A DNA stretch of 60,016 nucleotides from Bacilli bacterium (GTDB lineage: Bacteria > Bacillota_I > Bacilli_A > RF39 > UBA660): positions 1-60,016 of the forward strand of contig JAFUTR010000053.1 of the NCBI GenBank assembly GCA_017477845.1, in the 5' to 3' direction. The notes beneath the pieces were generated by a model. The model searched no databases. It had not been told where the DNA came from and saw nothing but the letters and a program-made list of their open reading frames with translations. Each line of letters opens with the position of its first letter. Positions within the stretch are counted from its first letter, which is position 1. A program made the position numbers and the translations under genes. Of the stretch, positions 31,933 through 41,582 are shown in pieces.

Positions 31933-31961
31933 GTGTTCACCTCTTTATTTATTATTAACTG

Positions 31962-32480
31962 TTATTCACCTTTAGTTATCACAACAGGTTCTATTTGCAC
32001 AGGTGCTTGAACCGGTGATTGAACCTGAGAAGTTGGTGCATCTTTTGGTGGTATTATAGTTGTTTTTTCAATACTAGTATTGCTTTTATTGTTTTCAATA
32101 TCACTAGAATTTAAAACCATAACTGTTGGGGCTTTTTCTTCTTGTTTAGAAAGCGCTGCATCATTTGTATTTGCCATATTATTAACAGCTGCATTAACTA
32201 GAGCATTTGCATTTTCATTAACACTAACACCATTTGCTATTGTGTCATTATTATCATCAGCATCTAATACTTGTTTTGTTTCCATTGCGGCAATTGCAGC
32301 TTCTTTTCCTGACTCAATATCATATTTTTTCTTTTCTTTTAATTTTATAGCAATTGCTGTACGGCGTCTATCAGCAACTATACCTAAAGCATAAAAAATA
32401 ATTATAAAACCCAAAATCAAGTATAGGTAATAAATTGGGCCTTTTATTATATCTCTAAAAAATACTACAAAAAGATCCAT
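31962..32480 (-). CDS. Hypothetical membrane protein with low-complexity C-terminus
   Basis: One TM helix and an N/A/P/V-rich tail. GAGGTG RBS. Confidence 0.7.
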   Translation of the reverse strand: MDLFVVFFRDIIKGPIYYLYLILGFIIIFYALGIVADRRRTAIAIKLKEKKKYDIESGKEAAIAAMETKQVLDADDNNDTIANGVSVNENANALVNAAVNNMANTNDAALSKQEEKAPTVMVLNSSDIENNKSNTSIEKTTIIPPKDAPTSQVQSPVQAPVQIEPVVITKGE

Positions 32481-32578
32481 ATGTGTTCACCTCTATCATA
32501 ATTATGATACCATTTCAAAGCAAATTTTACAATAAGCATTATAAAGAAAAGAAAAAAAATGTAAAAGGTATTACACTT

Positions 32579-33936
32579 TTACATTCTTATTGACTTATCA
32601 GTTTTGACTAATCCATTTTCAAGTTCATGAGCATACATCATTGTAAGATTATCGTCTGATATATTATTTAGATTTATGCCTCTAATTATTAAAGTTTTTT
32701 TCATTGCATTAATAATTGATTCTTTATTGTATGTGGATGCTAATAGTCTATAATTTGTTCTTGTGTCATCATCTTTAAATCTAGAAAAGTATTTTGCATT
32801 TCCTAATTCCATAAGTATTTTGATTGCTGTTTGTAAGTGCTCATTCCCATATTTTTCTAATGTTATTTTACATATTTCTTCAAATTTCATCGTACGGCTT
32901 TCTTCAAATATATAGTTACAATACTTTTCAGTTATTTCTTTAATATTATTTGGATCAATTTCTATTTTTAATCTTTCAAGTGTTTTTAATACAAAGTTTT
33001 TTATAGTGTTTTGGTCTAGGTTTTCTCTTAGATTTTTTCTGTATGAATGATTTGTAAAAGAACTAAAATCTCCAGTAAATGATTTTTCAAGTGCCCATCT
33101 TGTTTGATTGAATCCATATTTTTATAAGTTGCAGCCATTGCTTCAACTAATAAATTTAATTTCTGACTACTATCTAGTTCATTTTTTTTGTCTTTTAAGT
33201 ATGATCTAAATATTTCTTGGACTTCTTCTTTATAACAATGTTTAGAAAAATAATCTAGAAAGTCATTTATGTTAACATCTTCTTTGTTATCATTATAAGA
33301 TCTTAAAATATAGTTTGATATTATTAATGAGATTTCATTATTATATGATATTCCCTTTTCCTGCATTAATCCTATTCCTTTATAAGTAGGTGTGAAAGGA
33401 TTAGTTTTGTTTAGTCCCTCTTTAAGATAAGTATTATTATTTACAAAATCTATTATCTTTTGTGCATTTGCAAAATCATTTTTTGTAAGTCTTACAACTA
33501 TATTATCACTTCTTATTTCTTGTGATATTTTTGATAAATGAGTTATATTTTGAGATTCTATAAAATCAAATAAAATATTCGCTCCTTCATATAAGTGTTC
33601 CTTATCAATTGGTATATATAATTTTATAAATTCGTCTTCATAAATATCACCATTTGTAAATTGTAGAAAATACTCCCATGCTGGATTACAAAAAACATTT
33701 ATTCCTTGATGATGCATGTATCTTTATGTCCATTTTGGAAAAAAATGTTGATTTGATATTAAACTTCTATCTATATTCATATCATTTTCTTTTAAACCAC
33801 TTCTTGTTATTTCTCTATAAACAAGAGAGTTTGTTATCATTATTTTAGGATTGCTTTTTTTAATTTCATAAATATACTTCAAAAAAGAATCCATTTCTTC
33901 CAATCTAGGAGTATCTAGTTTTATTTCATCATGCAT
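32579..33936 (-). pseudogene. Disrupted gene of about 452 aa (in-frame TAA at 33724-33726, 1-nt deletion in the A5 run at 33119-33123)
   Basis: ORFs 33724-33945 and 33028-33717 are in the same frame across one stop. Adding one A joins them to the open frame leading into 32579-32890. Confidence 0.75.
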
Positions 33937-34111
33937 TATCATCACTCCAAATATCTGTTAAAGTATTTGAAAGATAATCATCTCTTGATATTTCGATTTC
34001 TTGAGTTTTTGATAAATCATCCTCTTCTTTTATTACTACTCCTGTTTCTTCTTTTGGTACATCACTATCATCTATATATATGTATGTATCTTTATATTTA
34101 ACTTTTTTCAT
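33929..34111 (-). CDS. Small acidic hypothetical protein
   Basis: 60 aa, GAGGTG RBS, overlaps the start of the next gene. Confidence 0.6.
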   Translation of the reverse strand: MKKVKYKDTYIYIDDSDVPKEETGVVIKEEDDLSKTQEIEISRDDYLSNTLTDIWSDDNA

Positions 34112-34194
34112 AGTCCACCTCTATTATTATTATCTCTTAAAATAAATAAAATGTAAAATAAAAAAGAACGATATATATAAATCATTCTAATCAT

Positions 34195-35082
34195 TTATGT
34201 AATTGATGCTTCATAGATCTTTTGAATTTCTTTATTTAAGCAGTTATCAAATTCTTCTTCAGTTTGAGTCACTCTCAAGTTTTCTAAAAGTGCTCTTGAA
34301 AAACTTGCAATCATTTTATTATTAAGTGCAAGAAGTGCACATGCAAGTTCATTTGTATATCCTCCAGAAAGTGCTACTATTTTTAATACAAATTTGTAAT
34401 TGTATAAGTCATAATAGTAATTTGGAACAGTTGGAAGAGTAAATTTGAACATAATTATATTTTTTTCATCCCATTCGTTTAGGTGCTTAATAATTTCTTC
34501 TTTCATAATTTGTTCACATAATTCTTTATCTTTACAATTTATGTCAACTTCTGGTTCTATTATTGGTACTAAATTATTCTCACATATAATTTTTGCTAAT
34601 TGAAATTGTTGGTCTATTACTTGCTTAATACCTAGTGGATTAGCTTCATAAATAACAGATCTCATTTTTGTACCAAAGATATTTTTTTCTTTAGCTATTT
34701 TTAAAGTCTCTACTAAGTTTGGGATTTCATTCATTAGTTTAACGCCATTAAATTCTCCTAGTAAACCTTTATCAATTTTTAAAAAAGATACTATTTTTTT
34801 ATCTTCCCATAAGTAATCTGCAGTAAACTTATCATTTATTTTTGAAAGCATTGTTTTTTCAAAAAGTATAGCACCTATTATTCTATCTTTATTAAAAACT
34901 TTACTAGTCAATACTCTTTTTCTCATCTTGTGAATTAAGTTAAACATTTCCTCATCAGTTTGATACTCACTATCAGGAATACCATACTTTTCAAGAGTTT
35001 TTCCACTACTTCCTCCACTTTGATCTAGTGCTGCTATAAAACCTTTACGTGATTTAACTATTTCATACATTTCATTATTCAT
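34195..35082 (-). CDS. fda: Fructose-bisphosphate aldolase class I
   Basis: GFIAALDQSGGS, FLKIDKGL, FGTKMRS, PIIEPEV, VALSGGY, IASFSRAL. Confidence 0.96.
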   Translation of the reverse strand: MNNEMYEIVKSRKGFIAALDQSGGSSGKTLEKYGIPDSEYQTDEEMFNLIHKMRKRVLTSKVFNKDRIIGAILFEKTMLSKINDKFTADYLWEDKKIVSFLKIDKGLLGEFNGVKLMNEIPNLVETLKIAKEKNIFGTKMRSVIYEANPLGIKQVIDQQFQLAKIICENNLVPIIEPEVDINCKDKELCEQIMKEEIIKHLNEWDEKNIIMFKFTLPTVPNYYYDLYNYKFVLKIVALSGGYTNELACALLALNNKMIASFSRALLENLRVTQTEEEFDNCLNKEIQKIYEASIT

Positions 35083-35176
35083 ATAAAGACCTCCTATTAT
35101 ATTTTAACTCAAGATTTCTTTCTTTAACAATATAATTCTTCCCATATATTAATATTTTACATATATTTATACAAAA

Positions 35177-35677
35177 TTATCTTTTTAGCATTTTCCTTTT
35201 TTGAATACTAAAAGCATCTTTATTGCCATTTATATAATAATCAATATTTTTTTCTAAAGATTTATTGTATTTAAATTTTTTTCTAATGATTTCTATTTCT
35301 TCTTCTGTAAAATCATATCCATATATTATTGCTCTTATTACTCCATAAACAGATCTTTTACATATTTCATCAGTAATTTCTTCTCTTGATAAAATGTGTT
35401 CTATTTTTATTACTGTTGATGCATACATATTAAAATAACTATTATAATCGTCACGTCCCTCAACTATTTTCCCTTTGGCAATTACTTTTGCAACCTGTGG
35501 TTTAGAATCATTAATGAATCTAAAAGTATCTTCTATATTTTTGCATAAGTGAAATCCATTTCCGTTAAGTCCAAATTTGGGAGCATTTTTTACATAGTAG
35601 GTTCTACCTTCTTCATATTTTACCCCATAATTATTCTTCATATCTCTATAAAATGCTTTAAATCCTTTAATTATCAT
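35177..35677 (-). CDS. Hypothetical protein with a phage-associated-like N-terminal motif
   Basis: IKGFKAF..YEEGRTY..GNGFHLCKNIED pattern, recalled from phage-type proteins. Confidence 0.55.
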   Translation of the reverse strand: MIIKGFKAFYRDMKNNYGVKYEEGRTYYVKNAPKFGLNGNGFHLCKNIEDTFRFINDSKPQVAKVIAKGKIVEGRDDYNSYFNMYASTVIKIEHILSREEITDEICKRSVYGVIRAIIYGYDFTEEEIEIIRKKFKYNKSLEKNIDYYINGNKDAFSIQKRKMLKR

Positions 35678-35725
35678 AATACCTCTCTTTAGAAGATATT
35701 ATATCACTTTTTATTTCATTTAATA

Positions 35726-35747
35726 AAAAAAGAACTATAAAAGTTCT
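35726..35747 (-). terminator. Terminator after the tRNA pair
   Basis: AGAACT..AGTTCT stem plus T-run on the minus strand. Confidence 0.6.
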
Positions 35748-35758
35748 ATATTAATTTA

Positions 35759-35832
35759 TGGTGCCGCAAGCAAGAATCGGACTTGCATTAAAGCCTTACC
35801 ATGGCCTCGTAATACCACTATACTATTGCGGC
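35759..35832 (-). tRNA. tRNA-Thr(GGT)
   Basis: Acceptor GCCGCAA/TTGCGGC-ACCA. Anticodon arm AGGCC-ATGGTAA-GGCTT. T arm GCAAG-TCCGATT-CTTGC. Confidence 0.88.
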
Positions 35833-35833
35833 A

Positions 35834-35909
35834 TGGTGCTGAAAAGAGGATTTGAACCTCCGACCTATCGCTTACGAGACGATTGCTCTACCGGCTGAGC
35901 TATTTCAGC
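35834..35909 (-). tRNA. tRNA-Thr(CGT)
   Basis: Acceptor GCTGAAA/TTTCAGC-ACCA. D arm GCTC/GAGC. Anticodon loop CTCGTAA. T loop TTCAAAT. Confidence 0.95.
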
Positions 35910-35918
35910 AAAAAAGAA

Positions 35919-36572
35919 TTATTTAGTTTCTTTTAAATCTACTAATAATTCATGTATTAATTCTTCTTGATTGTTAACGTCAAACTCTTCAATTCTATCT
36001 ACTCTACATCTTTCAGCAAGTAAAATAGCCTGAACTTTTTTGACTGCTTTTTCAACTTCATCATTTATAACTACGTAATTATATTTTGAAATTTCATTTA
36101 TCTCTTTATAAGCATTTTTAAATCTTTCAACTATTTTTTCGATTGATTCAGTTCCACGTTTAACTAAGCGATCTCTTAACTCTCTCATTGAAGGTGGCAT
36201 AATAAAGATAAAAATAGCATCTGGTGCTAATTCTTTAATTTTTAGAGCACCTTGAATATCTATTTCTAGAATAACATCATGTCCTTTTTCAAGATCTTTT
36301 TCAACATTTCTTTTTAATGTTCCATAATAATTACTGTGAACACAAGCATATTCAAGAAAACTATTCTTTTTGATTTCTTCTTTAAATTCTTCTTCAGTTA
36401 CAAAAAAGTAGTCTACTCCTTCTTTTTCACCATTTCTTTTTTTCCTAGTTGTCATAGAAACCGAGAAAGCAAGGTTACTATCATTATTTAAAAGTTCATT
36501 ATGAATTGTTCCTTTACCAGCTCCTGATGGACCTGACAATATAATTAGATTTCCTCTATTATTTTTCCCCAT
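35919..36572 (-). CDS. gmk: Guanylate kinase
   Basis: LSGPSGAGKGT, SMTTR..GVDYFF, NYYGT, EIDIQGA, RLVKRGTE. Start ATG 36572 after GGAGG. Confidence 0.97.
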   Translation of the reverse strand: MGKNNRGNLIILSGPSGAGKGTIHNELLNNDSNLAFSVSMTTRKKRNGEKEGVDYFFVTEEEFKEEIKKNSFLEYACVHSNYYGTLKRNVEKDLEKGHDVILEIDIQGALKIKELAPDAIFIFIMPPSMRELRDRLVKRGTESIEKIVERFKNAYKEINEISKYNYVVINDEVEKAVKKVQAILLAERCRVDRIEEFDVNNQEELIHELLVDLKETK

Positions 36573-36600
36573 AACGTCCTCCATAAATATATTATATATT

Positions 36601-37113
36601 TTACCACTCTGTTTTATCAATAATATTTTTATCTAAATCTTTTAAATAAATACCTTTTTCATCTATTATCATGTAACTTTTTTCAGAGCTATCTCTTGGA
36701 TATGAAATAGAACCTGGATTTAAGAAGTATTTATTGTTTTTTTTAATTATTTTTCCTATATGAGTGTGTCCACCTATTAAAATATCAAACTCTTTATCAG
36801 GGAATCTATCTATATTATAAATATTTCCATGCGATGCAAAAACCTTTTTTCCAAACGCTTCAAAATAGTAAAATGGTAAAAATGATAATTTACTTGTTAA
36901 GATATCAATTTCTGTATCACAATTTCCTCTTATTATATATTTGTTTTGAAACTTATCAATTATTTCATCTATTTCATCTTTTGTTTCAAATCTTTCATAA
37001 TACATATCACCTAAAAATATTATTTTATCCACTTTTTCATCTTTATATATTGCTTCTATTCTTTGTAAACTATCAATATTTCCATGTATATCAGACACAA
37101 ACATTATTTTCAT
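36601..37113 (-). CDS. YfcE-family metallophosphoesterase
   Basis: SDIHG, LGD, RGNCD, SHG, GHTH, NPGSIS.PR. Confidence 0.93.
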   Translation of the reverse strand: MKIMFVSDIHGNIDSLQRIEAIYKDEKVDKIIFLGDMYYERFETKDEIDEIIDKFQNKYIIRGNCDTEIDILTSKLSFLPFYYFEAFGKKVFASHGNIYNIDRFPDKEFDILIGGHTHIGKIIKKNNKYFLNPGSISYPRDSSEKSYMIIDEKGIYLKDLDKNIIDKTEW

Positions 37114-37152
37114 AAAATCACCAATTATATTTTATCACAAAAAGGAAGAATA

Positions 37153-38934
37153 TTATCTTCTTCCTTCTCTTCTTGTTTCTCTATTACCATTCATATTTGG
37201 TTGTCCTGATCTTTCATCGTTAGGCATTGTTTGACTATTTTGTCTTTGTTCTTTCATTCCTCCCATACCCATACCAGAATTACCTACAATTGTATTAATA
37301 CTTGATATAGTAAATGTAGTATAGGTTTCACCATTTAATTTTAAAGTATATGTTTCGTTATTTTTTAATTTGTTATTTGATATGGCTATAGATGAGAAAC
37401 TTTTAGTAGATGTGTAACTAGTTACAACATTTGATGCACTATCAAGAACTTCTATAACTGTATTAGAATTATAAGTAGTAGAAAGATTAATAAGCACTCC
37501 ATACTGAGTTGATGTATTACTTATTCCTTGTGCCATTCCACTTGATCCTACTGCTATAAATTCACCAGAAGTTATCACAAATTCTTTATCATAGTCAAGG
37601 GCACCATTACCATTATTTGTTGGGCCATCTACTGTTGTTGTTCCTCCATTAATGTAAATACTTCCATTGGCATCTAATCCATCACCATTTGAATTAACAT
37701 ATAGTATCCCATCGTTTATTGTAATTTTATTATTTGAATTAGAATTGAAGTTATTTTCTCCTTGTCTATTTATACTTGAAGAGTCATTTCCTCCTGCGGC
37801 ATTTAACCCATCATCACTTGCTGTAACATTTATTTTCCCACCATTTATTGTAATACTTGATGCCTCAAGCCCTTCATAACTTTTTTCTATGTTTATTTCT
37901 CCATCATCTATTATTAGAGTTGAATCTGCATGAATTCCATCATCTCCACTAGATATTTTTATTATTCCGCTTGTTATTCCAACATAATTATTTGAGTGTA
38001 TTGCGTCATCGCTAGTGTTTAACTCAAATGTTCCATTTTTTATTACAATATTATCTCCTGCTTTAAGTCCTTTAGCACTTGTACTATCAGTTGCACTTTT
38101 ATTTTGTCCCCAAGAACCCCAAGTACTTGTTCCTTGCGAGTTACTACTTCCATTACCTGTAGTTATTTTAAAAGTACCATTATTAATTACAATTTTGTTT
38201 TCTGCTTGTATTCCATCAAGATCTGCAGTTAGATCGAATTTGCCATCATCTATTACTACATTTCCTCTATCTGTTTCTGTATCATTTGTTGATTTTATTC
38301 CATCACCACCTGAGGTTATATTAAAAATCCCTCCAGTAATGTAAACTGAATCTTTTCCTCTTATAGCGTCATCTTTTGATTCTATTATATAAGTTCCACC
38401 TGTTATAGTTAAATCATCTTTTGATACAATAGCATCTTCATAATTTGATGTTATTTTAATAATTCCATCTCCACTCAGTATCAAGTCATCATGGCTAAAA
38501 ATTGTTCCTGTTTCTTCTTCATAATTTGTATAGTTAGAAGAATCCAAAAGTGTATTAGTAGTTCCCTCATTCGTATATATTTCTACGTTATCTGCTTCTT
38601 GAACTAATATACATGGACCATTTTGTGAATTTATCGTAACGTTATCAAGTATTAATTTTACATTTCCGGATGTATTAATTATTACTTGTCCATTTATCTC
38701 ACCAGTAAGTGTATATATTCCTTTTTCTGTTATCGTGATACCATTTTCATAATCATTTGTGTCATACGACAAATAGGTGTCCCAATCAATTGTGTTTTTA
38801 TCAACATGTGTTTCATCACTTATTGATTCTGTTGTTTCTATTTCTTCTTTTGTAAATACTTTGTATAGTATTAGAAAAGTAAGAAGAAAAAGTATTAGTA
38901 TAATGCTTATAGATATTATTGTTTTTTTCTTCAA
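37153..38934 (-). CDS. DUF4353 / Cthe_2159-like beta-helix carbohydrate-binding surface protein
   Basis: TM anchor, ITITEKGIYTLTG, repeated DDAI/GDGI/DGLD turns, VDGPTNNGNGALDYD, SSGMAQ, and a G/M/Q-rich tail. Confidence 0.88.
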   Translation of the reverse strand: MKKKTIISISIILILFLLTFLILYKVFTKEEIETTESISDETHVDKNTIDWDTYLSYDTNDYENGITITEKGIYTLTGEINGQVIINTSGNVKLILDNVTINSQNGPCILVQEADNVEIYTNEGTTNTLLDSSNYTNYEEETGTIFSHDDLILSGDGIIKITSNYEDAIVSKDDLTITGGTYIIESKDDAIRGKDSVYITGGIFNITSGGDGIKSTNDTETDRGNVVIDDGKFDLTADLDGIQAENKIVINNGTFKITTGNGSSNSQGTSTWGSWGQNKSATDSTSAKGLKAGDNIVIKNGTFELNTSDDAIHSNNYVGITSGIIKISSGDDGIHADSTLIIDDGEINIEKSYEGLEASSITINGGKINVTASDDGLNAAGGNDSSSINRQGENNFNSNSNNKITINDGILYVNSNGDGLDANGSIYINGGTTTVDGPTNNGNGALDYDKEFVITSGEFIAVGSSGMAQGISNTSTQYGVLINLSTTYNSNTVIEVLDSASNVVTSYTSTKSFSSIAISNNKLKNNETYTLKLNGETYTTFTISSINTIVGNSGMGMGGMKEQRQNSQTMPNDERSGQPNMNGNRETRREGRR

Positions 38935-38946
38935 TTTATCACTCCT

Positions 38947-39621
38947 TTATAATAATTCATTTTCAATCGGATGAGATAGCATAACTTTCAAATTTCCATT
39001 TCTTATTCTAATCTCATCTATAAATTCTTTTTCATTAATATTCTTCTTTAAGGAAACGTTATATGATAAGTCAAATAAACTTCCCATGTTTACTGTTTTA
39101 ACTTGTTCTAAACTTACTTTATCAAGATATTTTTTAAATATGTCATCAAACATATCAGTATAATCAAGGTTTTCTGGTATAGTTATCTTTAATATTTTTT
39201 CCTCGGTTTGTTCAAATATATTGCTCATATTAATTAAAAATATCAATAAAAGAGCAATAATTGTTATAAATACTGCAAAGAAAACATATCCCATACCTGT
39301 AGCAACACCAATTGTCATTGCCAAAAATACAGTTATTATTTCTTTAGATCTTCCTGCTATACTTCTAAATCTTATCAAGCTAAATGAACCAGATATTGCA
39401 ACAGCCATTCCTAAATTACCATTTACAAGCATTATTATTGTTTGTACTATTAGTGGCATTATTGTAATACTAGTTAAAAAATACTTGCTTCCTTTCTCTG
39501 TCTTTTTATAAACAATTGCTATTAAAAACCCTAAAACAATTGATACTAACGAACAAATAGAAACAGTGACTAAATCTATTCCATTCGTAGCTTCATTAAA
39601 AATACTATTAAACATAAACAT
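38947..39621 (-). CDS. DUF4956 family membrane protein
   Basis: IIMLVNGNLG.AVAISGSFSLIRFRS, LKITIPENLDY, IRIRNGNL. Confidence 0.9.
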   Translation of the reverse strand: MFMFNSIFNEATNGIDLVTVSICSLVSIVLGFLIAIVYKKTEKGSKYFLTSITIMPLIVQTIIMLVNGNLGMAVAISGSFSLIRFRSIAGRSKEIITVFLAMTIGVATGMGYVFFAVFITIIALLLIFLINMSNIFEQTEEKILKITIPENLDYTDMFDDIFKKYLDKVSLEQVKTVNMGSLFDLSYNVSLKKNINEKEFIDEIRIRNGNLKVMLSHPIENELL

Positions 39622-40303
39622 CCTCCATTAATCTTTTATTATAAATTGAACCTAATTTAGAAAAAGATACTGGATATATTTTTAATTTTGATAATGCATT
39701 TACAAGCCATAAAGGTATTGTATTTTCTGTTTTAATTTCCATTATTGTTTCATCATTATTAAAGTATTTATCTCCAAATAATCCTTTTTCTAATTGTAAG
39801 TCATAATCTCTTCCTGTTAAGTTATCATCAAATGTTATCCTTATTTTTTCTGTTTTTCTATCTACATAGCTAAATCTATGATATCCCACAAATCTAAATG
39901 GTTCTAATTTATAATATTTAAATAAATAATCAATTTCTTTCATTATTTGATTATTATTATTATTATAATTTCCTTCAATATAATCATAATAATCTTTTAA
40001 TTTAATCATTATTCTTCTTTTTCCTACTATTCCTTCATATTTGTTTTTTATTTCTAAAAATACATTACTTTCTAAAGAAGGCACTCCATAACTTCTTAAT
40101 CTAACCTTATCTTTATATATAGGTTTCTCTAAAGAATTTATAATTAAATCTTTATCTTTATTATCAAAATATATATTACAGATAGTTGTATCATAATATA
40201 TGTCCTTTTTTAAATTCTTATTTATTAACTTAAATAATTCTTTTTTCTTTTCTTTAGTTAATAAATATTTTTGCTCTATTCTTTTAAAAACATTTTCATA
40301 CAT
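39608..40303 (-). CDS. VTC-domain (polyphosphate polymerase-like, CYTH/TTM fold) protein
   Basis: FKRIEQKY (ExK), ICNIYFD, KDKVRLRSY, FLEIKNK, IRITFD, IMEIK, FSK. Confidence 0.9.
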   Translation of the reverse strand: MYENVFKRIEQKYLLTKEKKKELFKLINKNLKKDIYYDTTICNIYFDNKDKDLIINSLEKPIYKDKVRLRSYGVPSLESNVFLEIKNKYEGIVGKRRIMIKLKDYYDYIEGNYNNNNNQIMKEIDYLFKYYKLEPFRFVGYHRFSYVDRKTEKIRITFDDNLTGRDYDLQLEKGLFGDKYFNNDETIMEIKTENTIPLWLVNALSKLKIYPVSFSKLGSIYNKRLMEDVYV

Positions 40304-40329
40304 AATCTCTTCCTTTCGTTATTCATTCT

Positions 40330-40378
40330 AGTCTATCATATTGATGTTTTTTTGTGAAAATTATGAAAATATTGTGAA
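40330..40378 (-). promoter_or_regulatory. Promoter of the VTC operon with PhoP/OmpR-type direct repeats
   Basis: Minus strand TTCACA-N5-TTCATA-N3-TTCACA. The last repeat lies 17 nt before TAGACT, which has a TG extension. Confidence 0.55.
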
Positions 40379-40414
40379 AAAAAAGATAAGTATTTTTACT
40401 TACCTTTATTAATT

Positions 40415-41521
40415 CTAATTATATTGAAAAGATGTATATTCTAAATGATAATCACCATTTACTTCTTTTTTGAAAGTATAAACAATTGTTTCTAATCTTA
40501 CAGTTTCATTACCTCTATAATAAATTCTTTTATCAATTAGCTTAACACCTTTTTCAAATGTTTTAAATTCTAAGCTATGATTGATGTCTAAATCATTATT
40601 ATATGTTTTATTAGTATCATATAAGTAAATTATATAAATATACATTTTACCACTTTTTTCAATATATTCGTTTTCGTCTATTGAATCAAAATTATATAGT
40701 TTTGCTATATCTTTTATGTCATTTTCTTCTAGTGCTAAACATTTTGTATTCTCACTTCCACATTTTGTGTAATCTTCTCCTTTAACAATTGTTGTTAAAT
40801 TTTTAGCTTCAGCATATGAAAATATTATATTTGCTACATCTGAATTGGAAATAGTTGAAATATTTCCATTTGGAATTGTGTAATCTTTATTATTAAGAAG
40901 AGAAATCTCCACTAATTTAGATTTAAGTGTATCATCTGTTAAATCACTTACTCCATTAGCAAAACTATCAATTTTCCATTTGTTTTCTTCTTTTTTAAAA
41001 GTTACATTCATCTTATATTTATATTTTGAATCATTAGACTTATCATTTTTTAAATTATATTCTCTTGCTATTTCGATAGTATCATCACTTCTTGATACTT
41101 CCATCCAGTTTCCATATTCAACATCCGTGAAATTAAATACTGAAAGTGGAACTGTGTTGTTAATATCTAAGTTATATTCTGAACCATTTCTATAATAGTA
41201 ATTTAATTCTTTTATCCCATTTTCAGTATAATATGTGTATGCATTTGCTGTAGAAACATCTTGTTTATCTACAACACTTGCTAATTCAACATTCATTGTT
41301 AAATTAATAAGAGAACTTTCAAGTGAATGTGTACTTTCTTTTTCTTCTATATTATCATTTTTTTCTACTTTATCTTTCAGTTCTGTTTTGTCTTCTATTT
41401 TACTGTTATTTCTAGTATTTTGGCCTAAAAGGAATCCACCTACTCCGCAAAGAATAAATCCTATAATTATAAATAAAGCTGTTAATATCCTTAAGTTTTT
41501 TTTACTTTTATTATCTTTCAT
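40415..41521 (-). CDS. Membrane-anchored hypothetical surface protein
   Basis: 368 aa with one N-terminal TM helix. No motif recognised. Confidence 0.75.
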   Translation of the reverse strand: MKDNKSKKNLRILTALFIIIGFILCGVGGFLLGQNTRNNSKIEDKTELKDKVEKNDNIEEKESTHSLESSLINLTMNVELASVVDKQDVSTANAYTYYTENGIKELNYYYRNGSEYNLDINNTVPLSVFNFTDVEYGNWMEVSRSDDTIEIAREYNLKNDKSNDSKYKYKMNVTFKKEENKWKIDSFANGVSDLTDDTLKSKLVEISLLNNKDYTIPNGNISTISNSDVANIIFSYAEAKNLTTIVKGEDYTKCGSENTKCLALEENDIKDIAKLYNFDSIDENEYIEKSGKMYIYIIYLYDTNKTYNNDLDINHSLEFKTFEKGVKLIDKRIYYRGNETVRLETIVYTFKKEVNGDYHLEYTSFQYN

Positions 41522-41582
41522 TTTAATACACCTCTATTATAATATATCACATGAAATTATTAAAAAAAAGAGGATTCCTCCT

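Noticed and set aside
33724-33726. Programmed stop-codon readthrough
   Set aside because: TAA is the dominant stop here and the same gene also has a frameshift, so mutation or assembly error is simpler.
35177-35760. Prophage or genomic island integrated at tRNA-Thr
   Set aside because: No integrase and no duplicated tRNA 3' end seen; the housekeeping gene fda follows directly.
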